DNA of 64,000 bases, from assembly GCA_035193785.1 (NCBI GenBank), contig CP136572.1:4276578-4340577 (forward strand), given 5' to 3'. Of this stretch, positions 1-10,753 are shown in pieces (the first letter of the stretch is position 1; each line of letters opens with the position of its first letter). The notes under the pieces are model-generated. The model made no database searches, had not been told where the DNA came from, and worked only from the letters and a program-made list of their open reading frames with translations. The DNA is from Planktothrix sp. GU0601_MAG3 (lineage in GTDB: Bacteria; Cyanobacteriota; Cyanobacteriia; Cyanobacteriales; Microcoleaceae). The position numbers and the translations under genes were made by a program.

Positions 1-1
1 A

Positions 2-472
2 GAAACTCAGATTCTAGTGTCAACAACGGTGGTGGAAGTGGGGGTTGATGTTCCCAATGCCACGGTGATGTTAATTGAAAATGCCGAGCGGTTTGGATTA
101 TCTCAAGTGCATCAATTACGGGGACGGGTGGGTCGCGGAAAAGATAAATCCTATTGTTTATTAATGTTAGGTGGTTCTACCCCGGAAGCACGCCAACGAT
201 TACAGGTTTTAGAACAATCTCAGGATGGGTTTTTAATTGCCGAAATGGATTTACAATTGCGGGGGCCAGGACAGGTTTTAGGGACTCGCCAGTCGGGTTT
301 ACCGGATTTTGCTTTAGCGAGTTTAGTGGAGGATCAGGAGGTGTTACAATTGGCTAGGGATGCCGCCCAAAAGGTATTAGAAAAAGATCCTAAGTTACAG
401 GGTTTACCCTTAATGCGCGATGAATTAAATCGTCGTTATATTAAAATTATGGGAGGCAGTATTTTAACCTAG
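2..472 (+). CDS. recG: ATP-dependent DNA helicase RecG, C-terminal part (5' end outside window)
   Basis: [30 protein letters not shown] and DLQLRGPG...GTRQSG motifs. Confidence 0.95.
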   Translation, partial: ETQILVSTTVVEVGVDVPNATVMLIENAERFGLSQVHQLRGRVGRGKDKSYCLLMLGGSTPEARQRLQVLEQSQDGFLIAEMDLQLRGPGQVLGTRQSGLPDFALASLVEDQEVLQLARDAAQKVLEKDPKLQGLPLMRDELNRRYIKIMGGSILT

Positions 473-493
473 TTCTCATTACCCATTACCTAT

Positions 494-568
494 CACGGAT
501 TTAAAAGGATTACGCAGATTAACACAGATTAAAATCCGTGAAATCCGTGAAATCCTCTTAAATCCGTG
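494..568. repeat. Clustered short tandem/inverted repeat (CACGGATT units facing AATCCGTG units)
   Basis: cacggatttaaaagg...acgcagatt...acacagatt followed by aaatccgtg x2 and cctcttaaatccgtg. Confidence 0.7.
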
Positions 569-589
569 TTCCCTGTTCCCTTAAAAAAA

Positions 590-1267
590 ATGAAAATAGT
601 ATTAACAAATGATGATGGTATTGATGCCCCCGGAATTAAAGCATTGGGGGAGGCAATTTCTGGGGAAAAGATTTGGATTGCGCCGGAAAAAGAATATTCC
701 CAATGTGGACATCAAGTGACCACCCATCAAGGAATTAAGGTAGAAAAACGGTCAGAAATAGAATATGCAATTGGGGGAACTCCCGCCGATTGTATTCGGT
801 TAGCGGTGTCCCATCTTTGTCCTGATTTAAGTTGGGTAATTTCGGGAATTAATCCGGGGGGAAATATGGGAGTTGATGTTTATATTTCCGGGACGGTGGC
901 GGCGGTGAGGGAGGCGGCAATTCACGGTATTCCGGGGATAGCTTTATCGCAATATCGCAAAGGAGGAAAACCCGTAAATTGGCAAAGGGCGACCCGTTGG
1001 GCAAATTTAGTGTTAAATGAATTAATGCAGCATCCGCCGCAACGGGGGTGTTTTTGGAATGTTAATTTTCCTTATTTGGAACCGGAAGATCCTGAGCCAG
1101 ATATGGTATTTTGTAAATTAGGAATTCAATCTTTGCCGATTAATTATAGAATGGAGGGGGATTATTTTCATTATTACGGAAGTTATAGCGATCGCACCTA
1201 CGAAGTCGGAACCGATGTGGAGGTGTGTTTTCGGGGGAAAATAGCTGTGAGTTTAATTAAATTGTAG
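590..1267 (+). CDS. surE: 5'/3'-nucleotidase SurE
   Basis: LTNDDGI, GTPADC, SGINPGGN, YISGTVAA motifs; ATG at 590 preferred to GTG at 566. Confidence 0.93.
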   Translation: MKIVLTNDDGIDAPGIKALGEAISGEKIWIAPEKEYSQCGHQVTTHQGIKVEKRSEIEYAIGGTPADCIRLAVSHLCPDLSWVISGINPGGNMGVDVYISGTVAAVREAAIHGIPGIALSQYRKGGKPVNWQRATRWANLVLNELMQHPPQRGCFWNVNFPYLEPEDPEPDMVFCKLGIQSLPINYRMEGDYFHYYGSYSDRTYEVGTDVEVCFRGKIAVSLIKL

Positions 1268-1477
1268 GTGAGGGGTCAGGATTAATTGAACCACAAAGAC
1301 TCAAGGACACAAAGAGGTTGTAAATATAACTAGCTGATTGGTATCAGGGTTAAATGTGACAATTCTTAACACCATTTCTCAGGAAATTAGTTTAATATCA
1401 AAAATTAGGCGGTTTTTCTTGGTGCTTTAATTAGCAAGACGCCTATTGTTGAATTTAGCTTTGGGATTAAAATTTTA

Positions 1478-2200
1478 ATGAGCGTTAACTTAGCAACCCA
1501 ACTGCGAGAAGGCACGAAGAAGTCTCACACCATGGCGGAAAACGTTGGTTTTATCAAGTGCTTTTTAAAAGGTACGGTAGAAAAGACGTCTTACCGGAAA
1601 TTGGCAGGAAATCTCTATTTTGTCTACTCCGCAATGGAAGAAGAAATGGAGCGCCACCGTAACCACCCAATTTTATCTAAATTGTATTTTCCTGAACTGA
1701 ATCGCAAACAAAGTTTAGAGCAGGATTTATACTTTTATCATGGTGCAAATTGGAAAGAAGAAGTACAACCTTCTGAAGCCACAAAAGCCTATGTTGCTCG
1801 AATTCGAGAAATCTCTAATTCTGAACCAGAATTGTTAATTGCCCATCTCTATACTCGCTATTTGGGAGATTTGTCCGGGGGGCAAATTCTGAAGGGAATT
1901 GCTCAAAACGCGATGAACTTACAGGATGGACAGGGAACTCAGTTTTACGAGTTTAATGATATTCCCGACGAAAAAGCATTTAAGGTCAATTATCGTCAAC
2001 AAATGGATAGCGTTGATATTGATCAAGATACGGCGACTCGCATTGTCGATGAAGCCAACGATGCCTTTGGGATGAACATGAAAATGTTCAGCGAATTAGA
2101 GGGAAATTTAGTTAAAGCCATTGGTCAAATGTTATTTAATACCTTAACTCGTCGCCGGACAAAAGGGGCAACGGAAGGGTTAGCAACTGCTGTGGAATAA
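1478..2200 (+). CDS. ho1: Heme oxygenase (biliverdin-producing), Ho1 type
   Basis: LREGTKKSHTMAEN and YTRYLGDLSGGQIL motifs. Confidence 0.93.
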   Translation: MSVNLATQLREGTKKSHTMAENVGFIKCFLKGTVEKTSYRKLAGNLYFVYSAMEEEMERHRNHPILSKLYFPELNRKQSLEQDLYFYHGANWKEEVQPSEATKAYVARIREISNSEPELLIAHLYTRYLGDLSGGQILKGIAQNAMNLQDGQGTQFYEFNDIPDEKAFKVNYRQQMDSVDIDQDTATRIVDEANDAFGMNMKMFSELEGNLVKAIGQMLFNTLTRRRTKGATEGLATAVE

Positions 2201-2205
2201 TTAGT

Positions 2206-2276
2206 TATAGCAGGCGCCAGGCAACGTCAGGTTGGCGAGATCAGTCTTCTTCCTAACCGTTCTGGAGACTGCTATA
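2206..2276. mobile_element. Small MITE-like inverted-repeat element
   Basis: Termini TATAGCAG...CTGCTATA with further imperfect arm pairing (gcgccaggcaacgtcagg / cctaaccgttctggagac). Confidence 0.55.
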
Positions 2277-2291
2277 AAATACTATAAAACA

Positions 2292-2342
2292 AATTAGTCC
2301 TGAACGCAAGAATTTGCCTTGTGTTCGGGATTAATTTTTTTT
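2292..2342 (+). terminator. Rho-independent terminator-like hairpin after ho1
   Basis: aattagtcctgaacgcaag...cttgtgttcgggattaatt followed by a T run. Confidence 0.65.
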
Positions 2343-2421
2343 CTAGGGAAATAAGAGCAAGAGGAAAATAAAAGAAACCACAGTTTGTTGAATGATGGGT
2401 CTTTTATTTTTTGATATCCGC

Positions 2422-2979
2422 TTACTGACTAACCACTTGCTGGGTGTTTTTTTGTCGATGTAGGGCATAGAGTTGGAAGAAAACAACCATCCCTACAATA
2501 AAGCTACCCGTCACAGCAATAGCTGTATTGATGGGTAAATTATTTTTGAATACGGCGAGTAAAACAATCACCAATAAAAGTACCGTTGGTACTTCATTTA
2601 AACTGCGGAATTGTTGACTGGTGAATATAATTTTATTCGTGGCTAATTGTCGCATAATTCGACCACAATAAAAATGATAGGCGACTAAAACCGCAACTAA
2701 TCCTAATTTAATATGTAGCCACATATCTTGTAAAAGGCTGGGTTGTGTGATTAAAAGGGCGATTGCCATCACCACCGTCACCACCATACCCGGGGTGGTA
2801 ATAATCCCATAAAGACGCTTTTCCATCAATTCATATTGTTCTTTTAAAATACTGCGGGCGGGTTCGGGTTTTTCTTCCGCTTCGGCGTGATAAACAAATA
2901 ATCTCACCAGATAAAATAAACCCGCAAACCAGACAACCATTCCGATGATATGAAAGGATTTAAACCAAAAATAAGTCAT
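2422..2979 (-). CDS. hemJ: Protoporphyrinogen IX oxidase HemJ
   Basis: WFKSFHIIGMVVWFAGLFYLVRLFVYHAE, MEKRLY.II, FRSLNEVPT motifs; ATG 2979. Confidence 0.92.
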   Translation of the reverse strand: MTYFWFKSFHIIGMVVWFAGLFYLVRLFVYHAEAEEKPEPARSILKEQYELMEKRLYGIITTPGMVVTVVMAIALLITQPSLLQDMWLHIKLGLVAVLVAYHFYCGRIMRQLATNKIIFTSQQFRSLNEVPTVLLLVIVLLAVFKNNLPINTAIAVTGSFIVGMVVFFQLYALHRQKNTQQVVSQ

Positions 2980-3298
2980 ATATCCAATAAAATCCTCAAC
3001 AATAAAGATGGTATAAACCACCTTACCGGATTCTGGACAATCTAGCAATTAAATCGCCCAGGATAATTTTTTAACATACTAATAGAGGTTAATCCAAAGC
3101 CATATAATTCCGCTTCCGGTTGCGTTGTGTAGCCTTGAAAATTCCGTTTTCAGGATGAATTTCCCTAGGCGATCGCTAATTCATCATTGGGTTTTGCAAA
3201 GTCATCCATACCCCAGGGGAAATTTTGGGAAACCCCCTAGACAAAATAAAAATTATATAGTTCAATAACTAAATAGTGATATTTAAGGAATCGCAGCG

Positions 3299-4376
3299 AT
3301 GGTAAATACTATCCAAACCCCCGAAACTCAAGAACTGCGCCCCGGGATTAAAAATCCGGTTCAAGAGACGTTGCTGACCCCTCGCTTCTACACGACGGAC
3401 TTTGACGCGATGGCAAATATGGACTTATCCACCTCCGAGGAGGAATTTTCGGCGGTTTTAGAGGAGTTGCGGGCGGACTATAACCGCCATCATTTCGTGC
3501 GAGACGAACAATTTAACCAAAGTTGGGAACAAATTGACCAGAGAAACTCGCCTGGCGTTTGTTGACTTTTTAGAACGGTCTTGTACCTCGGAATTTTCTG
3601 GATTTTTATTATTTAAAGAGTTATCTCGTCAACTAAAAAATCGCAACCCTTTATTATCAGAAGCGTTTCATTTATTAGCCCGGGATGAAGCCCGTCATGC
3701 GGGGTTTATTAATAAGGCGATGTCGGATTTTAATTTATCCTTAGACTTAGGCTATTTAACTAAAAACCGGACTTATACTTTCTTTAAACCGGAGTGGATT
3801 ATTTTCGCGGTTTATTTATCGGAAAAAATTGGATATTGGCGTTATATTACGGTGTTTCGTCATTTAGAAAACCATCCCGAACATGAATATTATCCTTTAT
3901 TCCGTTATTTTGAAAATTGGTGTCAGGATGAAAACCGTCATGGGGATTTCTTTAAGGTTTTATTGCGTTCTCAACCGCAAATGTGGCAAAGTTGGCAAGG
4001 TAGACTTTGGGCAAGATTTTTCCTATTAACCGTGTTTGCTACCCATACTTTAACCGTTAATGAAAGAGGAGATTTCTATGAAACTTTAGGGTTAGACGCT
4101 AAGGAATATAATCGTCATGTGGTGCGGAAAACTAATGAGACATCTTTACGGGCATTTCCCGAGGTTTTAAATACAGAACACCCGGACTTTTTCCGTCGTT
4201 TAGAACAGTGTTCTGAGAATAATGTTAAGAATCAAAAAATTGATGCTACCGAAAAACCAAAATTTGTTAAATTCCTATTAAAACTGCCCACAAATTGTTC
4301 GACTTTGTGGAATTTACTAAGAATTTACTTAGCTAAACCCATTAATGCAGAAGCATTACGGGCAGAAGTTCATTAA
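3299..4376 (+). CDS. acsF: Mg-protoporphyrin IX monomethyl ester oxidative cyclase (probably the ChlA-II/CycII paralogue); apparent frameshift at about 3545
   Basis: [48 protein letters not shown] di-iron motifs across two ORFs; one extra base in gagaaac. Confidence 0.92.
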
Positions 4377-4387
4377 TATTTTCACGC

Positions 4388-4428
4388 AAAACTAGGGTTT
4401 TATCTATTATGTTAAAACCTTAGTTTTT
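4388..4428. terminator. Bidirectional terminator-like hairpin between convergent genes
   Basis: aaaactagggtttta...taaaaccttagttttt. Confidence 0.55.
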
Positions 4429-4437
4429 AATTAAAAA

Positions 4438-5181
4438 TTAATCATGAATTGTGCCATCGGGCATCACCGCCCCATGGAGATTAGCATGGGTTAAAATCGT
4501 CCGAGTTAAGTCCGCACTTTGTAAATTAGCCCCGGATAAATTCGCCCCGCTAAAATCGGCATAACTTAAATCGGCATCTTTGAAATTCACGCCACTGAGG
4601 TTAGTATTATAGCTTTGTTCGGAACTTAAAACCCCTAAACCTGAAACTCCAAAAATAGCATGACAGAGCTTGGCTTTTTCAAAGTTAGCTTGTTCTAAAA
4701 CAGCCCCACTAAAATTAGCATAACTCAAATCGGCTTCCACTAGAATTGCATCGGTTAAATCCGTTTGTTGATTATGGTTAGGGCGAAAATTAGCCTCAAA
4801 AATAATAGAGTGGGAAAGATTGGCATTTTTTAAATTACATCCCGATAAACAGGCTTTCATTAGTTGAGTTTTTTCTAGGGATGTTTTAATTAATTTTGCT
4901 CCCGTTAGGTCGGCTTCTCGTAACTGAGCTTGATATAAATTGGCTTCGCTTAAATCAGCCCCCCAAAGAATGGTTTCACTGAGGTTAGCCTGGAATAAAT
5001 TAGCCTTAGAAAGCTTGGCTTTTCCCAATCTTGCTTCCCGCAAATCGGCATAACTTAAGTTTGCTCCGGTTAGGTTTAAATTAACTAAATTCGCTTCTTG
5101 TAAATCAACATAAGATAGGTCAATATCAGGAAAATTCCGCTCGGCGGCGGCGTATCTGCGGAGAAATTCATCAACATTCAT
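4438..5181 (-). CDS. Pentapeptide repeat protein
   Basis: A(N/D)L(S/x)x repeats; typical N-terminal RRYAAAERNF and C-terminal MPDG. Confidence 0.93.
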   Translation of the reverse strand: MNVDEFLRRYAAAERNFPDIDLSYVDLQEANLVNLNLTGANLSYADLREARLGKAKLSKANLFQANLSETILWGADLSEANLYQAQLREADLTGAKLIKTSLEKTQLMKACLSGCNLKNANLSHSIIFEANFRPNHNQQTDLTDAILVEADLSYANFSGAVLEQANFEKAKLCHAIFGVSGLGVLSSEQSYNTNLSGVNFKDADLSYADFSGANLSGANLQSADLTRTILTHANLHGAVMPDGTIHD

Positions 5182-5236
5182 AATAATATTAAGTTAAATC
5201 AATAAAAAAACAAACTAAACGGCAGATTTAACCGCC

Positions 5237-5587
5237 CTAAGTTGTTTCTAACTGTTGGTTTTGTTGCTGTATTTGAACCACTAAAGATTCACAGACTAAA
5301 TCACAAACTTCAAATAAAAGGGGATTAGCAATTTCATAATACACGCTGACACCTTGTTGGTTGCGGGTCACAATTCCCGCCTGGGCTAAAAGTTTTAAAT
5401 GTTTAGAAACATTCGCCTGTCCTAACCCGGTGGCTTCAATAATTTGGGTGACATTTTTAGCCCCAGATTTTAGACAGCAAATAATTTGTAACCGACTTAC
5501 TTCTGATAACACTTTAAAAAAGTCTGCCATCAAGGCTAAGGCGGCGGGAGATAATTGTAAATAATCGCAGGTTGGGGTAAGTTGCAT
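5237..5587 (-). CDS. ArsR/SmtB family transcriptional regulator
   Basis: FFKVLSE.SRLQII, QANVSKHLKLL HTH; several Cys residues. Confidence 0.9.
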   Translation of the reverse strand: MQLTPTCDYLQLSPAALALMADFFKVLSEVSRLQIICCLKSGAKNVTQIIEATGLGQANVSKHLKLLAQAGIVTRNQQGVSVYYEIANPLLFEVCDLVCESLVVQIQQQNQQLETT

Positions 5588-5685
5588 GAATTTTAAACTG
5601 GGGTGGGTGATGGGTAGGACTCAATGGCATTATTGATATTACTTGTCTATTATATTACCACGTTATCTAATTATTTAAAAATTCT

Positions 5686-5717
5686 AGGTAGAGATGTTAA
5701 CGAAAACGTCTCTACCT
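5686..5717. repeat. REP-like palindrome (GTAGAGAYGT...ACGTCTCTAC)
   Basis: AGGTAGAGATGTT-aacgaa-AACGTCTCTACCT; related copy at 12904-12929. Confidence 0.65.
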
Positions 5718-5723
5718 GGAATT

Positions 5724-7149
5724 TTAAATGGGATTTTCGTTCTTTCTTTTCTCGCTTAATTGTAGTAAAATATTTGCATGAACTTCTTTTGTAATTGGAT
5801 ATAAAAAAGTAAAAATCATCCCAATCATCAGGATAATGGTGGGTAAGGGGCCAATGGCAAACCGAATTGCTAACATGGCTGAATCTGGTTGAATAGGGGC
5901 TGGTTGGCCGGGAACTGTAGAAAGAAATCCCGCAAAACTTAAGGCTTGTCCGACCAAAAATAACCCCACGGCTAACCCAATTTTTTGCAATAAAACCATG
6001 AAAGAATAGAAGACACCTTCCCGTCTTTGTCCGGTATTTAATTCATCTAAATCGATAACATCAGGAATCATTGACCAAGGAACTAAATAGGCCGTTGAGA
6101 CCCCACATCCGGCTAAAATTGCTAGAATATACATCAAGCCAACCTGTCCGGGTTGGAGGAAAAATAAACCCGCTTGGGCAATAATCCACACCCCCATTCC
6201 CATAAAATAAACGGACTTTTTCCCATAGCGTTTACTAACAGAACTCCAGACAAATAACATCACTAAAGCTGTTCCTTGAACTGCAATTGCCACCTGGGGA
6301 AAAGTTGCTTCCGGCATCTGCATCCAATTGACTACAAAATAGGGTAAAATTGAGGCGGTAAGTTGAACTCCTAACCAGGAACAAAGATAAATTCCAATCA
6401 CCAATAAAAAGGGTCGATTACTCAAGGCAATTTTAATTTGTTCCGCCAGGGGAATGTTATCGGAATCATCCTGATTGTTTACTACGGAATTTCCCGACAA
6501 TACTCGCTTTCGGGTTCCCAAAAAACACCAAAACAGGGGAATAACCGATATGATCGCACAAACTGCCCCTAAAACTAAATATTTTTGATAGGGAGAATCG
6601 GGAAATAAACTAAAAATAATTTGTGCTAAAATTAAGGAGAAAATACTACCACTGATGGAAAAGGAAAAGCGAAAACTATTGAGGCTGGTGCGTTCATTAT
6701 AGTCCGATGTTAACTCAGGAGTTAGGGCGGTATAAGGTAAATTAACGGCGGTGTAAGCGGTATTAAATAAAATCCCAATAATCACATAATACCAAAACAA
6801 AAACCATTGATTATTACTCGGAACAATCCACTGTAAAAAGAACAAAATTCCAAAGGGAAACCGCACCAAAAACCATCCAAGGATAACGCCTTCCCCAAGG
6901 GTGAACCGTGCGATCGCTTAATACTCCCACAATCGGATCATTAATGGCATCCCAAATTTTTCCCACCATTAATACACTTCCAGCTAATCCAGCAGGTAAA
7001 CCCGCAACATTAGTTAGAAAAACCATCACAAAAAATACAGAAATATTAGCGGTAATTGCGGGGCCCAAATCCCCCGCACCAAAGGCTAATTTAGTTGATA
7101 AATTTAGCTTTTGGGGCGGAGAAACCGTTGGAGAAGGTATGGAATTCAT
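5724..7149 (-). CDS. MFS glycoside-pentoside-hexuronide (MelB-like) cation symporter; apparent frameshift at about 6859
   Basis: KIWDAINDPIVG.LSDRT..PWGRR, ERTSLNSFR, TGQRREG motifs; removing one base from GTTTC restores FGAVPFG. Confidence 0.88.
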
Positions 7150-7353
7150 GGGAATTAATATGAGAGAGTATTGTCAACTTAAAACCAAAACCCGATGGCT
7201 AACAATTAGGATATCCTAAAATGATATGCTGTTACGGATTTAAACCTGATTACCCGATTTAGCTACAGGGGTTTTGCGATTTCCCAATCACCAATTTAGA
7301 TGCTGAACAGTCTATGCTAATTTAATCATAAATAATTAGGGAGAAATAAAATT

Positions 7354-7956
7354 ATGGCTGCTTTGGGCGATCGCTTTAATCGCATGATGGGGAAAACCCG
7401 ATTTGTTGTCAGTCGTTTGTTTCTGCATTTAGGAGGTGATCAGGTCGCGCCGCTATTAGGGGTGCTCAACCAAGCCGCTAGAAACACCATTGATGCTGAG
7501 GGAGATTTGCAGGTGACAGGGGAAGCGTTAGTGGAGGTCTGCCAAGGTCTGCTGCAATATGATAGCTATTGGCAGTCCGGGGGCAATGAAGGGGATGTGG
7601 TTTGGAGTGAGGGCGAGGCAGCGGACTACTTTAACGAACTGTTCACGGATTCGGGCCAACGGTATTTAAGCCAGCCGGATTTTTCCCAACCCCTGGATGA
7701 AAGTCAATATCTATCCCTACCAATTACCCACAATTTAATCGTGATGATTACCATAGTTAGTGAAGGAGAAGTTCCCGAATTAGAAACGGATTTAGCAAGT
7801 TTAGAGGCAATGAATAATGGGTTGAAAGCAATTATTAATTTGCATTATCAACACCGACTTCGAGGGATTCAAGTACATTTTTCCCCGGCCGTTTTAGGAG
7901 ATGAATTAACCGACGACCAATTATTAGAGAACTTTCCCGAACTGATTCCCCTTTAA
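7354..7956 (+). CDS. Conserved cyanobacterial protein (DUF1517-like)
   Basis: C-terminal SPA..GDELTDDQLLENFPELIPL resembles DUF1517 tails. Confidence 0.65.
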   Translation: MAALGDRFNRMMGKTRFVVSRLFLHLGGDQVAPLLGVLNQAARNTIDAEGDLQVTGEALVEVCQGLLQYDSYWQSGGNEGDVVWSEGEAADYFNELFTDSGQRYLSQPDFSQPLDESQYLSLPITHNLIVMITIVSEGEVPELETDLASLEAMNNGLKAIINLHYQHRLRGIQVHFSPAVLGDELTDDQLLENFPELIPL

Positions 7957-8033
7957 GGAATATTATCGGTTGATCTGGAAGTAAAAAAAGAGTGACCCAT
8001 TCGGGATTTTTTTGTTAGAATAGGAATAGATAG

Positions 8034-8910
8034 ATGTTGAAAAAAGTTAATGGGTTTATGTGGAAAAAAATTTTAATTCTGTTGATTTCGGTAATGTTTT
8101 GTTGGACAACGGTTGCTTGTGGGTCAACCACAACTTCATCTAACCCCCAACAATCTGCTCGCACCGCATCGGCGCCCCAAAATCAAGTTATGGAGGGTAA
8201 ATATCCGGTTCAGCAAGCCCAATATAATGATGTCGATGGGGAGTATACCCTGATGTTATTAAATACTCCGGCGGGTAAATCTGCCACCTATCGGACGACG
8301 GATTTACAAATGGCGCAGTTAAGCGACGAACAAATTAAAGCCGGAGAAAAAAGCACTTTAAATATTACCAATGGTCAACCCATTTTGTATTTAACCGAAG
8401 ACTTTCGGATTGAATATGTTCATAATGTTACCGAAACTCAAACCAACCCCACCACAGGTCAACCGCAAACCGTTGTCGTGCGTCAAGAATCGAGTTTCTG
8501 GACACCCTTTGCCGCCTCTTTCGCCGGAAGTGCGATCGCCAATAGCTTATTTGCCCCCCGCTATTATGTCCCTCCAATGTATCAACCCGGCGGTATAATG
8601 ACCGGATATGGCGGTTACGGTTCCAATTATAATCAAGCGGTCAACGACTATCGGACTCGATACAATAGCCCCCCGGCGGCGGTAAAAAATAGCACCACCC
8701 TACGCACCACCGGAAATATTCGCAATTCCAACTCCTCCGGTAAGCGTTCCACCTCCCCCAATTCCAGCCGTTTCAACGGGTTCTGGGTTCGGAGCCACGG
8801 ATTTACGCACCTCCCCGAATACAGGTTCAACCCAACAGCGCAAACCCAGTTTTGGCAGTAGTTCCCGCAGTCGCTCCTCCTCTGGAAGTAGCAGCAGAAG
8901 ACGCCGTTAA
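8034..8910 (+). CDS. Conserved cyanobacterial lipoprotein with Ser/Gly-rich tail; apparent frameshift at about 8772
   Basis: Signal peptide with TVAC lipobox; removing one T from cgtttca gives SRSTGSGFG...SSRRRR stop at 8910. Confidence 0.7.
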
Positions 8911-9137
8911 TCGTAGTGAGCCCGACCGGGCTCCTGCTTCCTTTCAACAATTTGATTCGAGATCACCACAACTGATAGAGTTTGATGGGGAAAAAGCGAT
9001 CGCTTCTTGAGAAGAAAGCCAACCTGTGAGGAGAGTTAAATTGAGTATTCACCCTTTAGAATTAAAACTAATATCAAATCCCAATCAGCAGGAGATAATT
9101 AACTCGGAAAAAGATTGGCACAACACAATTATTTTAG

Positions 9138-10118
9138 TTGACTATGTTTCCAAGTCAGAACTTTTTTGAGGGACGAGCTAAATTTCCCCGATTCAAATCC
9201 AAGCATCATAAACAATCTATTCAATATCCCCAGAGTGTTACCATTGTTAATCAAACTCTAAAGGTTCCTAAGATTGGTGAAATTCCAGGAATATTTCACA
9301 GGAAAATCACAGGAACAATTAAAACAGTAACAATTTCTAAAACTCCGACTAACAAATATTTTGCTTCTATTTTGTGTGAAGTAGAAGCAACTGAGTTAAA
9401 GGAATTAGGGGATAAAATTATTGGGATTGATCTAGGATTAAAGGATTTTGCGATTGTTAATGATGGAGAAAATGTAACTAAATATGCCAATCCGAAACAT
9501 TTAAAGCGTCATCAAAAAAATCTAGCTCGAAAACAGAAAAAACTCTGTCGAAAAACTCAAGGAAGTAAGTCAAGACAGGAATCCAAAAAAAATGTAGCTA
9601 AGGTTCATGAAAGAATAGCCAATTCCCGCCAAGATTTCTTGCATAAATTATCAAGAAAATTGGTAAACGAAAGTCAAGTGATTGTCGTTGAAAATCTCAA
9701 CATCAAGGGTATGGTTAAGAACCGGAAGCTATCAAAAGTAATATCTGACGTGGGCTGGGGAATGTTTGTGAATTTTGTGAATTACAAACTTCAACAAAGA
9801 AGCGGTAAATTGATAGAAGTTGGTCGCTTTTTCCCCAGTTCTAAAACTTGTTCCTGCTGTAGTTATGTCATAGATGAGTTATCTCTGGATATCAGAGAAT
9901 GGGATTGCCCAAATTGCCATACTCATCATAACCGTGACGAAAACGCTGCACTTAACATCTCCGAATGAGGGAATCAGGATATTAACTGAAGACGGAGGGA
10001 ACCCCGTCTTTGCCGATGGAGGCCGTGTAAGTCCACCAGCTTGTAAAAGTAAGGGGCATCGGTCTGTGAATTCGCTGATCCTATACCGACCCGATTAGGG
10101 CGGTGTAGGTAGTTTCAC
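9138..10118 (+). mobile_element. tnpB: 5'-truncated IS200/IS605 TnpB element (RNA-guided endonuclease remnant plus right end)
   Basis: GIDLG, VVENL, CxxC..CxxC, RDENAA RuvC/Zn motifs; N-terminal region missing; frameshift at about 9960; right-end hairpin 10080-10109 ending TCAC at 10118. Confidence 0.85.
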
Positions 10119-10156
10119 AGGAATCTTCTGATTTGGAGGAATAGGCGATCGCAAAA

Positions 10157-10717
10157 TTAAAAGGCAGAAGAATCGCTAGTAAAATAAATATGACCTAGGG
10201 TTTTTCCCTGATAAACTCGTTTGGTTAAACGCCAACCCGGTTCCAAAATTATTTTAGCGAAACCACTCGTAAATCCATAGGTTCTGCCAATAATAATTGG
10301 TGGCGCGTAGGCATCAGCCCGGGACTGGGCGACCAGTAAAATATCATTAGGGGTACTTTGAACACTCAACGCATGGGAGAGCGCCAAATCCGTTCCGGCC
10401 ATTCTCACCGAATAACCATTACTATCGGTAGCCCGTCCACAAATGCCAGTAAAATCAAAATTCAGCAGTAACGGATCAACCATAGTGGGCTGACCACCGC
10501 TTTCACTCCAACAGGGGCGACGATCCGAGACCTGTTCCACAATTACTAAAGTATGTCCAAAGGCGCGAGGCACAGCGATCGCCACAAACCGATCCTGATC
10601 CACCTCTTTTTGGTCAAAATCAAAGGCGATCGCATTCAATGTAAAACCCAGGACTGATATCCCGATGATCAATGCTGTAATAGTTTGCTTCAGTGCCAAT
10701 TTCATTTGTATCTGCAC
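10157..10717 (-). CDS. Secreted DUF3747-family protein
   Basis: Signal peptide; VDPLLLNFDFTGICGRATDSNGYSVR and YQGKTLGHIY motifs. Confidence 0.75.
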   Translation of the reverse strand: MQIQMKLALKQTITALIIGISVLGFTLNAIAFDFDQKEVDQDRFVAIAVPRAFGHTLVIVEQVSDRRPCWSESGGQPTMVDPLLLNFDFTGICGRATDSNGYSVRMAGTDLALSHALSVQSTPNDILLVAQSRADAYAPPIIIGRTYGFTSGFAKIILEPGWRLTKRVYQGKTLGHIYFTSDSSAF

Positions 10718-10753
10718 CGTCTAATGGCGGTACGAATTTAGTCTAAACACTCT

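Noticed and set aside
10119..10138. Match of the predicted TnpB guide to aggaatctt at about 28037
   Set aside because: Only 9 nt match; expected by chance
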